Position numbers and translations under genes: made by a program
From: Nitrospirota bacterium
GTDB lineage: Bacteria > Nitrospirota > Thermodesulfovibrionia > Thermodesulfovibrionales > SM23-35
NCBI GenBank assembly: GCA_014859105.1
Contig: JACUUX010000002.1
Coordinates: forward strand, 34,118 to 98,117
Direction of reading: 5' to 3'
Length of the DNA stretch: 64,000 nt
Notes under the pieces: model-generated
Seen by the model: the letters and a program-made list of their open reading frames with translations, nothing else
Told to the model about the DNA's origin: nothing
The model's database searches: none
Part shown: positions 9,737 through 18,929 of the stretch, piece after piece
Layout: every line of letters starts with the position of its first letter
How positions within the stretch are numbered: the stretch's first letter is position 1

Positions 9737-9849
9737 ATAATAAGGATTTTCAGCTACTCTAACATAATTCAGGTTAAGATATATTGATAGTTTCCTGCTT
9801 TACAGATATGGAAAGATGTAAAGTAATTTTTAACTTATAACTTAATTCA

Positions 9850-9942
9850 GGAGAGATGCCCGAGAGGCCGAAGGGGCACGACTGGAAATCGTGTGTGGAG
9901 TTAAAAGCTTCACCGTGGGTTCAAATCCCACTCTCTCCGCCA
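9850..9942 (+). tRNA. tRNA-Ser (anticodon GGA), class II with long variable arm, CCA encoded
   Basis: Acceptor GGAGAGA/TCTCTCC. Anticodon loop CTGGAAA. Long variable arm TGGAGTTAAAAGCTTCACC. T-arm GGGTTCAAATCCC. 3' G-CCA. Confidence 0.9.
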
Positions 9943-9945
9943 GAT

Positions 9946-10076
9946 TGTCTTTCTGCAACCCGGAAACGGCCCTGCGCAGCAGGTGGATGTGAACCCCGTC
10001 AGGTCCGGAAGGAAGCAGCGGTAAGCGTTTCAACCTGAGTGCCGGAGGTAGTCGTTTCCGGGCTGCAGAAAGACAA
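9946..10076 (+). ncRNA. ffs: Signal recognition particle RNA (small bacterial 4.5S-type)
   Basis: Contains the conserved domain IV core GTCAGGTCCGGAAGGAAGCAGC. The ends pair (ttgtctttctgcaacccggaaacg / cgtttccgggctgcagaaagacaa). It sits upstream of dnaX, as in many bacteria. Confidence 0.85.
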
Positions 10077-10080
10077 GAAA

Positions 10081-10140
10081 ACAGTCATCAGTCAACAGTC
10101 ATTAAAAAACTATTGACTATTGACCGGTGACCAGTGACTA
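10081..10140. repeat. Family D: inverted arrays of heptad-phased GTCA/TGAC units
   Basis: cagtcat cagtcaa cagtcat - aaaaaac - tattgac tattgac cggtgac cagtgac. A second copy of this type lies at 37042-37106. Confidence 0.7.
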
Positions 10141-10145
10141 TATTT

Positions 10146-11816
10146 ATGAGCTATTTAGTACTTGCAAGAAAATGGAGACCGCAGAGTTTTGATGAGCTGA
10201 TAGGTCAGGAGCCCATAACACGTGTCCTGAAAAATTCTATTGAGCAGGGCAGGATTGCACATGCCTATCTCTTCTCAGGGCCAAGAGGAGTCGGTAAAAC
10301 ATCTACTGCAAGGATACTTGCAAAAGCTTTAAACTGTAAAAACGGTCCAACATCTATGCCATGTGGCATATGCACTTTTTGTACATCGATAACTGACGGT
10401 TCTTCTGTTGACGTGATGGAAATAGACGGGGCATCAAACAACAGCGTAAATGATATAAGAGACCTGCGTGAGAGGGTCAAATATGTGCCTTTGGCCGGAA
10501 GATATAAGGTTTATATAATCGATGAAACCCATATGCTGTCTGATGCTGCCTTTAATGCACTGCTGAAGACACTTGAAGAACCTCCTCCTCATGTAATTTT
10601 TGTCCTTGCAACAACATCTCCTAAAAAAATACCGCCAACGGTACTCTCACGCTGCCAGCATCTGCCTTTTAAAAGGATAGCAAATTCTAAAATAAGAGAG
10701 AGATTAAGAATGATATCAGATGCCGAGGGCATAAATATTTCGTTTTCGGCAATTGAGATGATTGCAAGGGCTGCTGACGGAAGCCTGAGAGATTCACTGA
10801 CTATACTGGATCAAATCTCATCCTTTTCCTCCGATATCAGTGAATCCGATGTAAAAGACCTGCTCGGCATAACAGACTTCGGACTTCTTTCACAACTTGC
10901 CGCAGCTCTGATTGAGGGTAAAAGAGAAGATATAATAAATATTTCAAACGAACTCGCAGAAAAAGGTACTGATATAAGGGCTTTCACAAAAGAACTTATA
11001 CAATTTTTCAGGGATATGCTTGTCGCGAGTGTTGTAAAAAAGCCGGAGGAAATACTTGACAGTGGTAATGAAGAACTGGATATGATTAAAAACATTTTAT
11101 CAAAGACATCCGAGGAGCAACTTACTCTTTTACTCTCTGAATTACTGAAGGCAGAAGTTGATATCAGAAATGCATCGTCTCCTCGCCTTACTTTTGAGAT
11201 GTTACTTTTAAAGACGAGTTTTCTAAGTGAGATCAAACCTGTCAAGGAAATTATAGAAAATATGGAGTCCTTTATAAAGCTCGCTTCAGAGAAAGAAAAT
11301 AATCCCCCCTCACCCCCCTTTAGTAAAGGGGGAATGGGGGGATTTGAAAGGTCACTTTCAGAAGAAACCGGAAGCGTTGGACAGGCATTGCCGGATCAGG
11401 AGACTGAAAATGAGATTCCAGAGCATGTTGCACAGGAATTAAAAGACAAACTCCCGGATGATTTATCAGTCACAGATGATATATTGAACAAAGCTATATC
11501 AAGGCTCGACCCGCCACTTGCATCGAAATTATCAAAGGCCAATTTTAACCTTAATGACAACAAACTGATTATAACCCTCAACGAAGGGTACTCGTTATTT
11601 GCGGATTCCATTAAAAATAATGCAGGTTCTATAGAGAAAATATTTTCAGAAGAATTTAAAAATAATATCAAAATAGAAGTAGAAGTTGCAAAAAAGAAGG
11701 CTGTCCGTAAAAAAGACATTAAGGAAAAAATGCTGACGGAACCGTTGATCAAAGAGGTTCTGGAGCTTTTTGAAGGCAGGATTGTGGATGTGAGGCCGAT
11801 AAAAGACAGTAAGTGA
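10146..11816 (+). CDS. dnaX: DNA polymerase III subunit gamma/tau
   Basis: LARKWRPQSFDELIGQE; Walker A GPRGVGKTS; zinc module CKNGPTSMPCGICTFC; Walker B/DEAD-like IIDETHML; SRC motif. ATG at 10146 preferred over GTG at 10134. Confidence 0.93.
   Translation: MSYLVLARKWRPQSFDELIGQEPITRVLKNSIEQGRIAHAYLFSGPRGVGKTSTARILAKALNCKNGPTSMPCGICTFCTSITDGSSVDVMEIDGASNNSVNDIRDLRERVKYVPLAGRYKVYIIDETHMLSDAAFNALLKTLEEPPPHVIFVLATTSPKKIPPTVLSRCQHLPFKRIANSKIRERLRMISDAEGINISFSAIEMIARAADGSLRDSLTILDQISSFSSDISESDVKDLLGITDFGLLSQLAAALIEGKREDIINISNELAEKGTDIRAFTKELIQFFRDMLVASVVKKPEEILDSGNEELDMIKNILSKTSEEQLTLLLSELLKAEVDIRNASSPRLTFEMLLLKTSFLSEIKPVKEIIENMESFIKLASEKENNPPSPPFSKGGMGGFERSLSEETGSVGQALPDQETENEIPEHVAQELKDKLPDDLSVTDDILNKAISRLDPPLASKLSKANFNLNDNKLIITLNEGYSLFADSIKNNAGSIEKIFSEEFKNNIKIEVEVAKKKAVRKKDIKEKMLTEPLIKEVLELFEGRIVDVRPIKDSK
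11301..11345. repeat. Family B palindromic element lying in frame inside dnaX
   Basis: aatcccccctcacccccctttagtaaagggggaatggggggattt is 45 nt (15 codons) and encodes NPPSPPFSKGGMGGF. Near-identical intergenic copies lie at 18662 and 21246. Confidence 0.8.
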
Positions 11817-11948
11817 ACCCATTATTTGCAAAAATAAGCATATGCAATGACTATAAGGCATTAAAAAGACAGCCTATACATAATATTTTTTTAATGAAGA
11901 AGGAATTAACAAGGAATAAAATATGAATGTACCCCTCATTTCCTTAGT

Positions 11949-12016
11949 TGTTATTCCCGCCTGTCGGGAATCCTTCTTTAAAACGAAGAAAGATTCCGGA
12001 CAAGCCGGAATGACAG
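11949..12016. repeat. Family A palindromic element
   Basis: tgttattcccgcctgtcgggaatccttctttaaaacgaagaaagattccggacaagccggaatgaca. Confidence 0.8.
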
Positions 12017-12075
12017 GGACAAGTTAACCCAAAAATGCATTATTTGGGTTAATGTAAGACATAAAATAACCAAGA

Positions 12076-12423
12076 ATGGAGGATGAGATGTCCAAGAAAA
12101 TGCTGGGAGACATTATGCGCGAGGCACAGAAGCTTCAGAGTGAAATGGCAAGGTTGCAGGAAGAGGCAAAGAAGAAGACTGTGGAGGCAACTGCAGGTGG
12201 TGGTATGGTAACCGTGGTTGCCAATGGAGGAGGAGAAATCATATCAATAAAAATCGAAAAGGAAGTCGTTAATCCGGATGACATCGAGATGCTTCAGGAC
12301 CTCATTATAGCTTCGGTAAATGAAGCTTTGCGGCGTGCACAGGAAATGGTGAACAGCGAGATGTCAAAACTGACCGGAGGCTTACAGCTGCCGGGATTAG
12401 GGGGTTTGGGAAAACTTTTGTAA
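12076..12423 (+). CDS. ybaB: Nucleoid-associated protein YbaB/EbfC
   Basis: 115 aa. [13 protein letters not shown]....[39 protein letters not shown]. Located downstream of dnaX. Confidence 0.9.
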   Translation: MEDEMSKKMLGDIMREAQKLQSEMARLQEEAKKKTVEATAGGGMVTVVANGGGEIISIKIEKEVVNPDDIEMLQDLIIASVNEALRRAQEMVNSEMSKLTGGLQLPGLGGLGKLL

Positions 12424-12439
12424 TATTCTAAAATATTAT

Positions 12440-12745
12440 ATGGACATTTTTATTACAAACATTACTGAAGAGGAAATAAGAAAAGAAAAAACAAAGGCAC
12501 AGAGATTGAGAAAATCTCAATGGTGGAAAAGGAGATGCGCAAAAGGATTTTGCTATTTCTGCAGGAAGAAAATGTCACCGAAAGAACTTACCATGGATCA
12601 TGTAGTTCCCCTTGTACGGGGAGGAAAATCAATAAAGGGGAACGTGGTACCTGCCTGCAAGGAGTGTAACAACAAAAAGAAATATCTCCTGCCGTTCGAG
12701 TGGGAAGAATACCTTTCAAGATTAAACGCCGAGCTATGGAGTTAA
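12440..12745 (+). CDS. Small HNH endonuclease
   Basis: 101 aa. CYFC...DHVVPLVRGG....NVVPACKECNNKK shows the HNH/zinc-finger pattern. Confidence 0.8.
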   Translation: MDIFITNITEEEIRKEKTKAQRLRKSQWWKRRCAKGFCYFCRKKMSPKELTMDHVVPLVRGGKSIKGNVVPACKECNNKKKYLLPFEWEEYLSRLNAELWS

Positions 12746-12752
12746 AGCAAAG

Positions 12753-14159
12753 TTGTTACCTGACTTTATTAAAAGTATAAACATTACAATCAGAAGACAT
12801 TCAATGCTTTCAGGCGGAGAAAAAGTTATCGTGGGTCTTTCCGGAGGGCCTGATTCAGCCTGTTTACTTTATGTTTTAAATAATCTTAAAGGCAGGTTTA
12901 AACTGACATTAAATGCATTATATATCGACCATGGACTCAGGCCGGAAGAAACGCCTGAAGAAAGCGAATTCTGCAGAAAATTTTGTGAAAGACTCAATGT
13001 ACCTTTTATGACAAAATCTATTGATGTACAAGCTTACGCTAAAAATTATGGAATTAACAAACAGGAAGCAGCAAGACAACTACGTTACCGGGCTTTTGAA
13101 GAAACTGCTTCAGAAATCAAGGCTGACAGGATAGCACTCGGACATACATCAGATGATCAGGCAGAAACACTCCTCATGCGGCTTTTGAGAGGCTCAGGGC
13201 CAACAGGTCTCGCCGGAATACCACCTGTAAGAGGAAATATTATAAGACCACTGATTGACATTGAACGAAAAGATATCGAAAAAATTCTTTATGACAGCAG
13301 TATTGATTTTATCATTGATTCTTCAAATCTGAAAAGAGACTATTTGCGTAATAAAATAAGGCACTCAGTGATGCCCGTGCTTAAGGAATTCAATCCTGAC
13401 ATTATCAAAACTCTTTCAAAGACCGCATCGATCTTCAGGGATGAAGAAAGATATTTCGAGATAATTGTTACAAAGACCCTGATGAAGCTTATAAGCAGAA
13501 AGACCGATAGACGTATTGAATTGTTCCTTACGCCTTTTGAGATTATGGACAGGGTAATAATGAGAAGGGTTTTGAGACGGGCAATAGATGTGACAAGTGG
13601 TCTCCGGGGGATAAGTTTTATACATATAGAGGACATGATCGATCTAATAAAAGAGGGTAACCCCGGTGACAGGCTTTATCTGCCGAAAGTGATAAGGGTA
13701 ATCAAGGAATATTCAACACTCGTTATTACGTCAGAACCCCCTGTTAGATTAGGGAATTATACATTGACGGTACCCGGAGAGACTATTTTGAAAGAAGCAG
13801 GAATCCTGATAAAGGCATCAATAATTGAAGGTGAGGAGATAAAAGAGATAAAAAAGGGCATATCCGGGCTATGGAAGACCACAGCTATACTGGATGCGGA
13901 CAGGATGGTTTTCCCCCTTAGTGTAAGGGCGAGGAAAAATGGTGATTTTTTTTATCCGTATGGTTTTGGAAGGAGAAAAAAGCTACAGGATTTCTTTGTT
14001 GACGGGAAGGTCCCGAGAGATGAGCGTGACAGGGTTCCCCTTCTTATATCCGGAGAGGATATTGTATGGGTTGTCGGGTATAGAGGAGATGAGAGATTTA
14101 AGGTTTTGGAGGGGATAAAGAGGGTTTTGAAATTGGAGATGAAGAAAATTAGAGATTGA
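12753..14159 (+). CDS. tilS: tRNA(Ile)-lysidine synthase
   Basis: PP-loop VGLSGGPDS, followed by ALYIDHGLRPEE and LGHTSDDQAETLLMRLLRGSG. C-terminal TilS domain present. TTG start. Confidence 0.9.
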   Translation: MLPDFIKSINITIRRHSMLSGGEKVIVGLSGGPDSACLLYVLNNLKGRFKLTLNALYIDHGLRPEETPEESEFCRKFCERLNVPFMTKSIDVQAYAKNYGINKQEAARQLRYRAFEETASEIKADRIALGHTSDDQAETLLMRLLRGSGPTGLAGIPPVRGNIIRPLIDIERKDIEKILYDSSIDFIIDSSNLKRDYLRNKIRHSVMPVLKEFNPDIIKTLSKTASIFRDEERYFEIIVTKTLMKLISRKTDRRIELFLTPFEIMDRVIMRRVLRRAIDVTSGLRGISFIHIEDMIDLIKEGNPGDRLYLPKVIRVIKEYSTLVITSEPPVRLGNYTLTVPGETILKEAGILIKASIIEGEEIKEIKKGISGLWKTTAILDADRMVFPLSVRARKNGDFFYPYGFGRRKKLQDFFVDGKVPRDERDRVPLLISGEDIVWVVGYRGDERFKVLEGIKRVLKLEMKKIRD

Positions 14160-14202
14160 CATAGATGATGCAGGTGTATTGTATATTTTACGGAGGTAAA
14201 TT

Positions 14203-15627
14203 TTGTTTAATAGTGTAAGGGTGAGATTTGCACCGAGTCCGACAGGCCACCTTCATATTGGCGGGGCGAGGACAGCCCTTTTCAACTGGCTTTTTGCAAG
14301 ACATAACGATGGGACGTTTTTATTAAGGATTGAAGACACGGACAGGTCACGCTCTACAGCGGAGCACATAAATTCAATAATTGAAGGAATGGAGTGGCTG
14401 AAGATGGACTGGGATGAAGGACCTTACAGACAGACAGACCGGTTTGATATTTACAGAAGTTATGCTGATAAACTTATGAAGGAAGGAAAGGCCTATTACT
14501 GCTATTGTTCGCCTGAGGAACTTGAACAGAGAAGAAAAGAGGCGATATCGCAGGGAAAAACGCCAAAATATGACGGACGTTGCAGAGATTTAAAAGAGCC
14601 TATACCCGACAGAAACCCTTCTATACGTTTCTGGATGCCACAGGAAGGCGAGGTTACAGTAAATGATTTAATCAAGGGTAAAGTCATTTTTGATAATGCT
14701 AACCTCGACGACCTGATTATTGTTAGATCTGATGGAACGCCTACTTATAATTTTACAGTTGTTGTTGATGACGTTGATATGAATATCACGCATGTTATAA
14801 GGGGTGACGACCATCTCAATAACACACCAAAACAAATACATATTTATAACGCCATTGGCTATGAGGTTCCCTTTTTCGCGCATCTTCCGATGATCCTGGG
14901 CTCTGATAAAACAAGACTGAGTAAAAGACACGGAGCAACATCGGTCCTGGCCTATAAAGAAATGGGGTATCTTCCCGATGCGCTGGTGAATTATCTTGTC
15001 AGGCTCGGATGGTCTCATGGTGATCAGGAGATATTTACAAGAGAAGAATTGATTCAATATTTCTCTTGTGAAAATGTCGGGAAATCTTCTGCTGTATTTA
15101 ATCCAGAAAAACTTCTCTGGCTTAACAGTCAATATATTATAAGTTCAAGGCCTGAGGACCTTGCGGAACTTGTTATGCCTTTCCTCATAAAAGAAGGAAT
15201 CATGCTTGAAGGTCGGACTATTGATAAGGAATGGCTTTCGAAGGCAATTAGTACCTTAAAGGAGCGGTCCAAGACCCTTGTAGAACTCGCTAATTCATTG
15301 AAGTATTATATAGCAGATGATATAGAGTATGACCCTAAGGCAAAGGAAAAATTCTTAAATGAAAAGAACCTTCCAAACATGATCGAGCTGAAAAAATTAC
15401 TCGAAAAACTTGATGACTTTATTGCGACTGACATAGAAAAGGTCTTTATCTCTTTTGTTGAAGAAAGTAATATTAAGCTTGGCAACATAGCCCAGCCTGT
15501 CCGTGTCGCAGTGACCGGAAGAACGGAAAGCCCCGGTATATTCGATGTACTCGAAGTTGTCGGCAAGGAAAAGACTCTGAAGAGATTAGAGAAGGCAATA
15601 AGGATGATAGAAACATCGAAGGTTTGA
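14203..15627 (+). CDS. gltX: Glutamyl-tRNA synthetase
   Basis: [23 protein letters not shown] (HIGH motif). KLSKRHG (KMSKS motif). About 474 aa, bacterial GluRS architecture. Confidence 0.93.
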   Translation: MFNSVRVRFAPSPTGHLHIGGARTALFNWLFARHNDGTFLLRIEDTDRSRSTAEHINSIIEGMEWLKMDWDEGPYRQTDRFDIYRSYADKLMKEGKAYYCYCSPEELEQRRKEAISQGKTPKYDGRCRDLKEPIPDRNPSIRFWMPQEGEVTVNDLIKGKVIFDNANLDDLIIVRSDGTPTYNFTVVVDDVDMNITHVIRGDDHLNNTPKQIHIYNAIGYEVPFFAHLPMILGSDKTRLSKRHGATSVLAYKEMGYLPDALVNYLVRLGWSHGDQEIFTREELIQYFSCENVGKSSAVFNPEKLLWLNSQYIISSRPEDLAELVMPFLIKEGIMLEGRTIDKEWLSKAISTLKERSKTLVELANSLKYYIADDIEYDPKAKEKFLNEKNLPNMIELKKLLEKLDDFIATDIEKVFISFVEESNIKLGNIAQPVRVAVTGRTESPGIFDVLEVVGKEKTLKRLEKAIRMIETSKV

Positions 15628-15642
15628 GCAAGGAGTTAAAGC

Positions 15643-17340
15643 ATGGCTGAAAACGAGTATAAGCCACAAACCAATTTTATCAGAGAGATAATAAAAGAAG
15701 ATATAAAGAATAGTAAATACGGTGGCAGGGTTCATACACGATTCCCTCCGGAGCCCAACGGCTATCTGCATATCGGTCATGCGAAATCAATCTGTCTTAA
15801 TTTCGGTCTTGCATCTGAATTCGGCGGTCTTTGCAACTTGAGATTTGATGACACAAATCCAACTAAGGAAGAAGTTGAATATGTTGAGTCAATTAAGAAC
15901 GACGTCCGATGGCTCGGTTTTGACTGGGGTGACAGGCTGTTTTATGCCTCCGATTATTTCGACCAGCTATATCAATATGCCGTACAGTTAATCAAGTTTG
16001 GCAATGCTTATGTCTGCGATTTGAGCCCTCAGGAAATCAGAGATTACAGGGGAACTTTAACGGAACCCGGCAAAGAAAGTCCATACCGCAAGCGTTCAGT
16101 CGGGGAAAATCTTGACCTCTTCGAGAGAATGAGGGCCGGTGAGTTTGAAGAGGGGTTCCGTACCCTGAGGGCAAAGATTGATATGAAAGCCGGGAATCTT
16201 AATATGCGGGATCCGGTCATCTACCGCATACTTAAAGCCACGCATCACAGAACCGGTGACAAATGGTGTATCTACCCGATGTACGATTTTGCCCATTGTA
16301 TCTCGGACTCCATTGAACGAATTACCCATTCAATCTGCACAATGGAATTTGAGGACCACCGTCCTCTGTATGACTGGTTCCTTGATCAGTTAGGAATTTA
16401 CCATCCTCAGCAGATTGAATTTGCGCGACTTAATCTGAGTTATACATTACTGAGTAAACGAAAGCTTATAGAATTAGTTGAACGTGGATATGTCAGGGGC
16501 TGGGATGATCCCCGGATGCCCACGCTATCTGGCCTACGCAGACGCGGATATACCACTGAATCAATCAGGGACTTCTGTGAGCGTATAGGGGTTGCTAAAA
16601 GGGAAAGTCTTGTTGACATAGCACTTCTCGAACACTGTCTACGTGAAGACCTGAATAAGAGATCGCCGCGTGTAATGGCTGTTTTGCGTCCTCTTAAAGT
16701 AGTAATCGTCAATTATCCGGATGACCTTTTGGAGGAGATGGAGGCAATAAATAATCCTGAAGACCCGGGGATGGGAACACGAAAGGTGCCTTTCTCACGC
16801 GTAATTTATATTGAAAAAGACGATTTCAGGGAGGAACCTCCAAAAAAATTCTACCGTCTTGCACCCGGTCGAGAGATAAGATTAAGATATGCCTATTTTA
16901 TCAAGTGTGTTGATTTTATCAAGGATGAAAAAACCGGAGAAGTTATCGAATTACATTGCACTTATGATGCTGCAACAAAAGGAGGGGATGCTCCGGACAA
17001 ACGCAAGGTCAAGGCAACGCTTCACTGGATATCTGCTGCGCATGCACTCGAAGCTGAAATAAGGCTTTATGAACATCTATTTACAAAAGAAAATCCCGGT
17101 GATCTTGAAGAGGGACAGGATTTTAAAGTTTATATTAATCCAAACTCTCTGATAACATTAAAATCCTGTTATATTGAACCAACTTTGAGAAATACAGAAC
17201 CAGGAGATTTCTACCAGTTCGAAAGGCTTGGCTATTTTTGTGTAGATCCGGATACTATTAACGGGAAGCTTGTTTTCAATCGTACAGTAACATTAAAAGA
17301 TACCTGGGCAAAGATTGAGAAGATGCAGAAGGGAAAATGA
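15643..17340 (+). CDS. glnS: Glutaminyl-tRNA synthetase
   Basis: [26 protein letters not shown] and LSKRKL (KMSKS). C-terminal beta-barrel anticodon-binding domain. 565 aa. Confidence 0.9.
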   Translation: MAENEYKPQTNFIREIIKEDIKNSKYGGRVHTRFPPEPNGYLHIGHAKSICLNFGLASEFGGLCNLRFDDTNPTKEEVEYVESIKNDVRWLGFDWGDRLFYASDYFDQLYQYAVQLIKFGNAYVCDLSPQEIRDYRGTLTEPGKESPYRKRSVGENLDLFERMRAGEFEEGFRTLRAKIDMKAGNLNMRDPVIYRILKATHHRTGDKWCIYPMYDFAHCISDSIERITHSICTMEFEDHRPLYDWFLDQLGIYHPQQIEFARLNLSYTLLSKRKLIELVERGYVRGWDDPRMPTLSGLRRRGYTTESIRDFCERIGVAKRESLVDIALLEHCLREDLNKRSPRVMAVLRPLKVVIVNYPDDLLEEMEAINNPEDPGMGTRKVPFSRVIYIEKDDFREEPPKKFYRLAPGREIRLRYAYFIKCVDFIKDEKTGEVIELHCTYDAATKGGDAPDKRKVKATLHWISAAHALEAEIRLYEHLFTKENPGDLEEGQDFKVYINPNSLITLKSCYIEPTLRNTEPGDFYQFERLGYFCVDPDTINGKLVFNRTVTLKDTWAKIEKMQKGK

Positions 17341-17382
17341 CTGCATAGTTATTTAACTTTAATGTTAGTTAAAGCTATTATA

Positions 17383-17592
17383 CTGTCATTTCGGATTGTC
17401 CGAAATCCTTCTTTACGATTCCGAACAAGTCGGAATTTTTCTGGATGCCCCGATCGAGTCGGGGCATGACATATAAAAAAGAAGTCATTCCACGGCTTGA
17501 CCGGGGAATCCACCCTTCGACAGGCTCAGGGTGACATTGTCATGGTGAGCTTGTCGAACCATGGATTGCCCGATCGGGGTCGGGCAATGACA
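17383..17592. repeat. Cluster of at least three family A-type palindromic elements
   Basis: ctgtcatttcggattgtccgaaatcc..ttccgaacaagtcggaat; gccccgatcgagtcggggcatgaca; gtcattccacggcttgaccggggaatcc; ttgcccgatcggggtcgggcaatgaca. Confidence 0.8.
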
Positions 17593-17662
17593 GAATAAAA
17601 GATCTTTGAGGATTAATAGCATAATTGTATGCAAATTGTGGACTAAGATAAAAATTTGAAAA

Positions 17663-18658
17663 ATGAGCTATGTATCTGTTATAGGTGCTGGTAGCTGGGG
17701 AACGACACTTGCGTGTCTTCTTTCAGAGAAAGGTTACGATGTAACTTTATGGGTTCATGAAAAAGAACTTGCCGAAGAAATAGATAAAAAAAGGGTAAAC
17801 AGCACCTATCTGCCCGAGATTACAATCCCCGATGATATCAAAGTATTACACAACATCGAAGATGCCTTGAAAAAGGCCCGTTATGTCGTCAATGCTGTTC
17901 CCGCCCAGTATGTAAGAAATGTATTTAAAGACACCGCTCATTACTTATTGGATGAGGCTACAATAATCAGTGTATCAAAAGGCATAGAGAGAGGGACTCT
18001 TTTAACAGTTTCTTATGTCTTAAAGGAACTCTTATCCCATAACATTGCTGCACTTTCGGGGCCGAGTTTTGCAAAAGAAGTCATAAAGAAATTACCCACT
18101 GCAGTAACACTTGCAGCCGAGGATAAAAATACAGGTTATATACTTCAAGAACTTTTTAACATCAATAATTTAAGGGTTTATACACATGACGACATAATTG
18201 GTCTGGAAATAGGCGGGGCTTTGAAAAATGTGATGGCAATAGCAGCAGGTATTTCCGATAGTTTAGGTCTTGGCAATAATGCAAGAGCCTCGCTTATAAC
18301 AAGAGGCCTTGTTGAAATGACAAGGCTTGGAGTTGCCATGGGAGCTAAAGGTAAAACATTTTCGGGACTCAGCGGTATTGGTGACCTTGTACTTACATGC
18401 ACAAGCGATCTCTCAAGAAATTATATGGTAGGAATGAAACTAGGACAGGGGATGAGCCTCAGAGATATCTTAGATCAGACTAAAAGCGTTGCAGAAGGTG
18501 TATCAACCGCAGAGTCAGCATATGAACTTTCGAAAAAATTTAATATTGAAATGCCTATTGTGGAACAGGTTTATAAGGTCATCTATGAGGAAAAAGAGCC
18601 TGTTCAGGCTGTAAAAGAACTTCTGGAACGTTCATTAAAAGCAGAATTTTATGAATAG
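17663..18658 (+). CDS. gpsA: NAD(P)H-dependent glycerol-3-phosphate dehydrogenase
   Basis: N-terminal Rossmann motif VIGAGSWGTTLA. SGPSFAKEV, GGALKNVMAIAAG and GDLVLTC motifs. Confidence 0.93.
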   Translation: MSYVSVIGAGSWGTTLACLLSEKGYDVTLWVHEKELAEEIDKKRVNSTYLPEITIPDDIKVLHNIEDALKKARYVVNAVPAQYVRNVFKDTAHYLLDEATIISVSKGIERGTLLTVSYVLKELLSHNIAALSGPSFAKEVIKKLPTAVTLAAEDKNTGYILQELFNINNLRVYTHDDIIGLEIGGALKNVMAIAAGISDSLGLGNNARASLITRGLVEMTRLGVAMGAKGKTFSGLSGIGDLVLTCTSDLSRNYMVGMKLGQGMSLRDILDQTKSVAEGVSTAESAYELSKKFNIEMPIVEQVYKVIYEEKEPVQAVKELLERSLKAEFYE

Positions 18659-18661
18659 CCC

Positions 18662-18707
18662 TAATCCCCCTCAGTCCCCCTTTAGTGAAGGGGGATTAAG
18701 GGGGATT
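18662..18707. repeat. Family B palindromic element (intergenic copy)
   Basis: taatccccctcagtccccctttagtgaagggggattaagggggattt. Confidence 0.8.
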
Positions 18708-18747
18708 TATTTAGTTACTAAGGCGGTCATAAATAAAGCCACATTTT

Positions 18748-18808
18748 CTGTCATTCCCGCTTGCCGGGAATCCTTCTTAAGAAAGATTCTGGACAAGCCA
18801 GAATGACA
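18748..18808. repeat. Family A palindromic element
   Basis: ctgtcattcccgcttgccgggaatccttcttaagaaagattctggacaagccagaatgaca. Confidence 0.8.
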
Positions 18809-18929
18809 AGAATAAGGTAACCATGTAGCAAGACTACAGAGAGAATATCGAGTTCAAAACTGTCTTGAATTTAGAAATTTTGAATTTAAAATTTGTTTAG
18901 TATTTAGATATTAGATTTTAGGATTTAAA

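Noticed and set aside
9842-10038. Two ORFs of 60-63 aa on opposite strands
   Set aside because: Both overlap the tRNA-Ser and SRP RNA genes. The RNA assignments explain the sequence.
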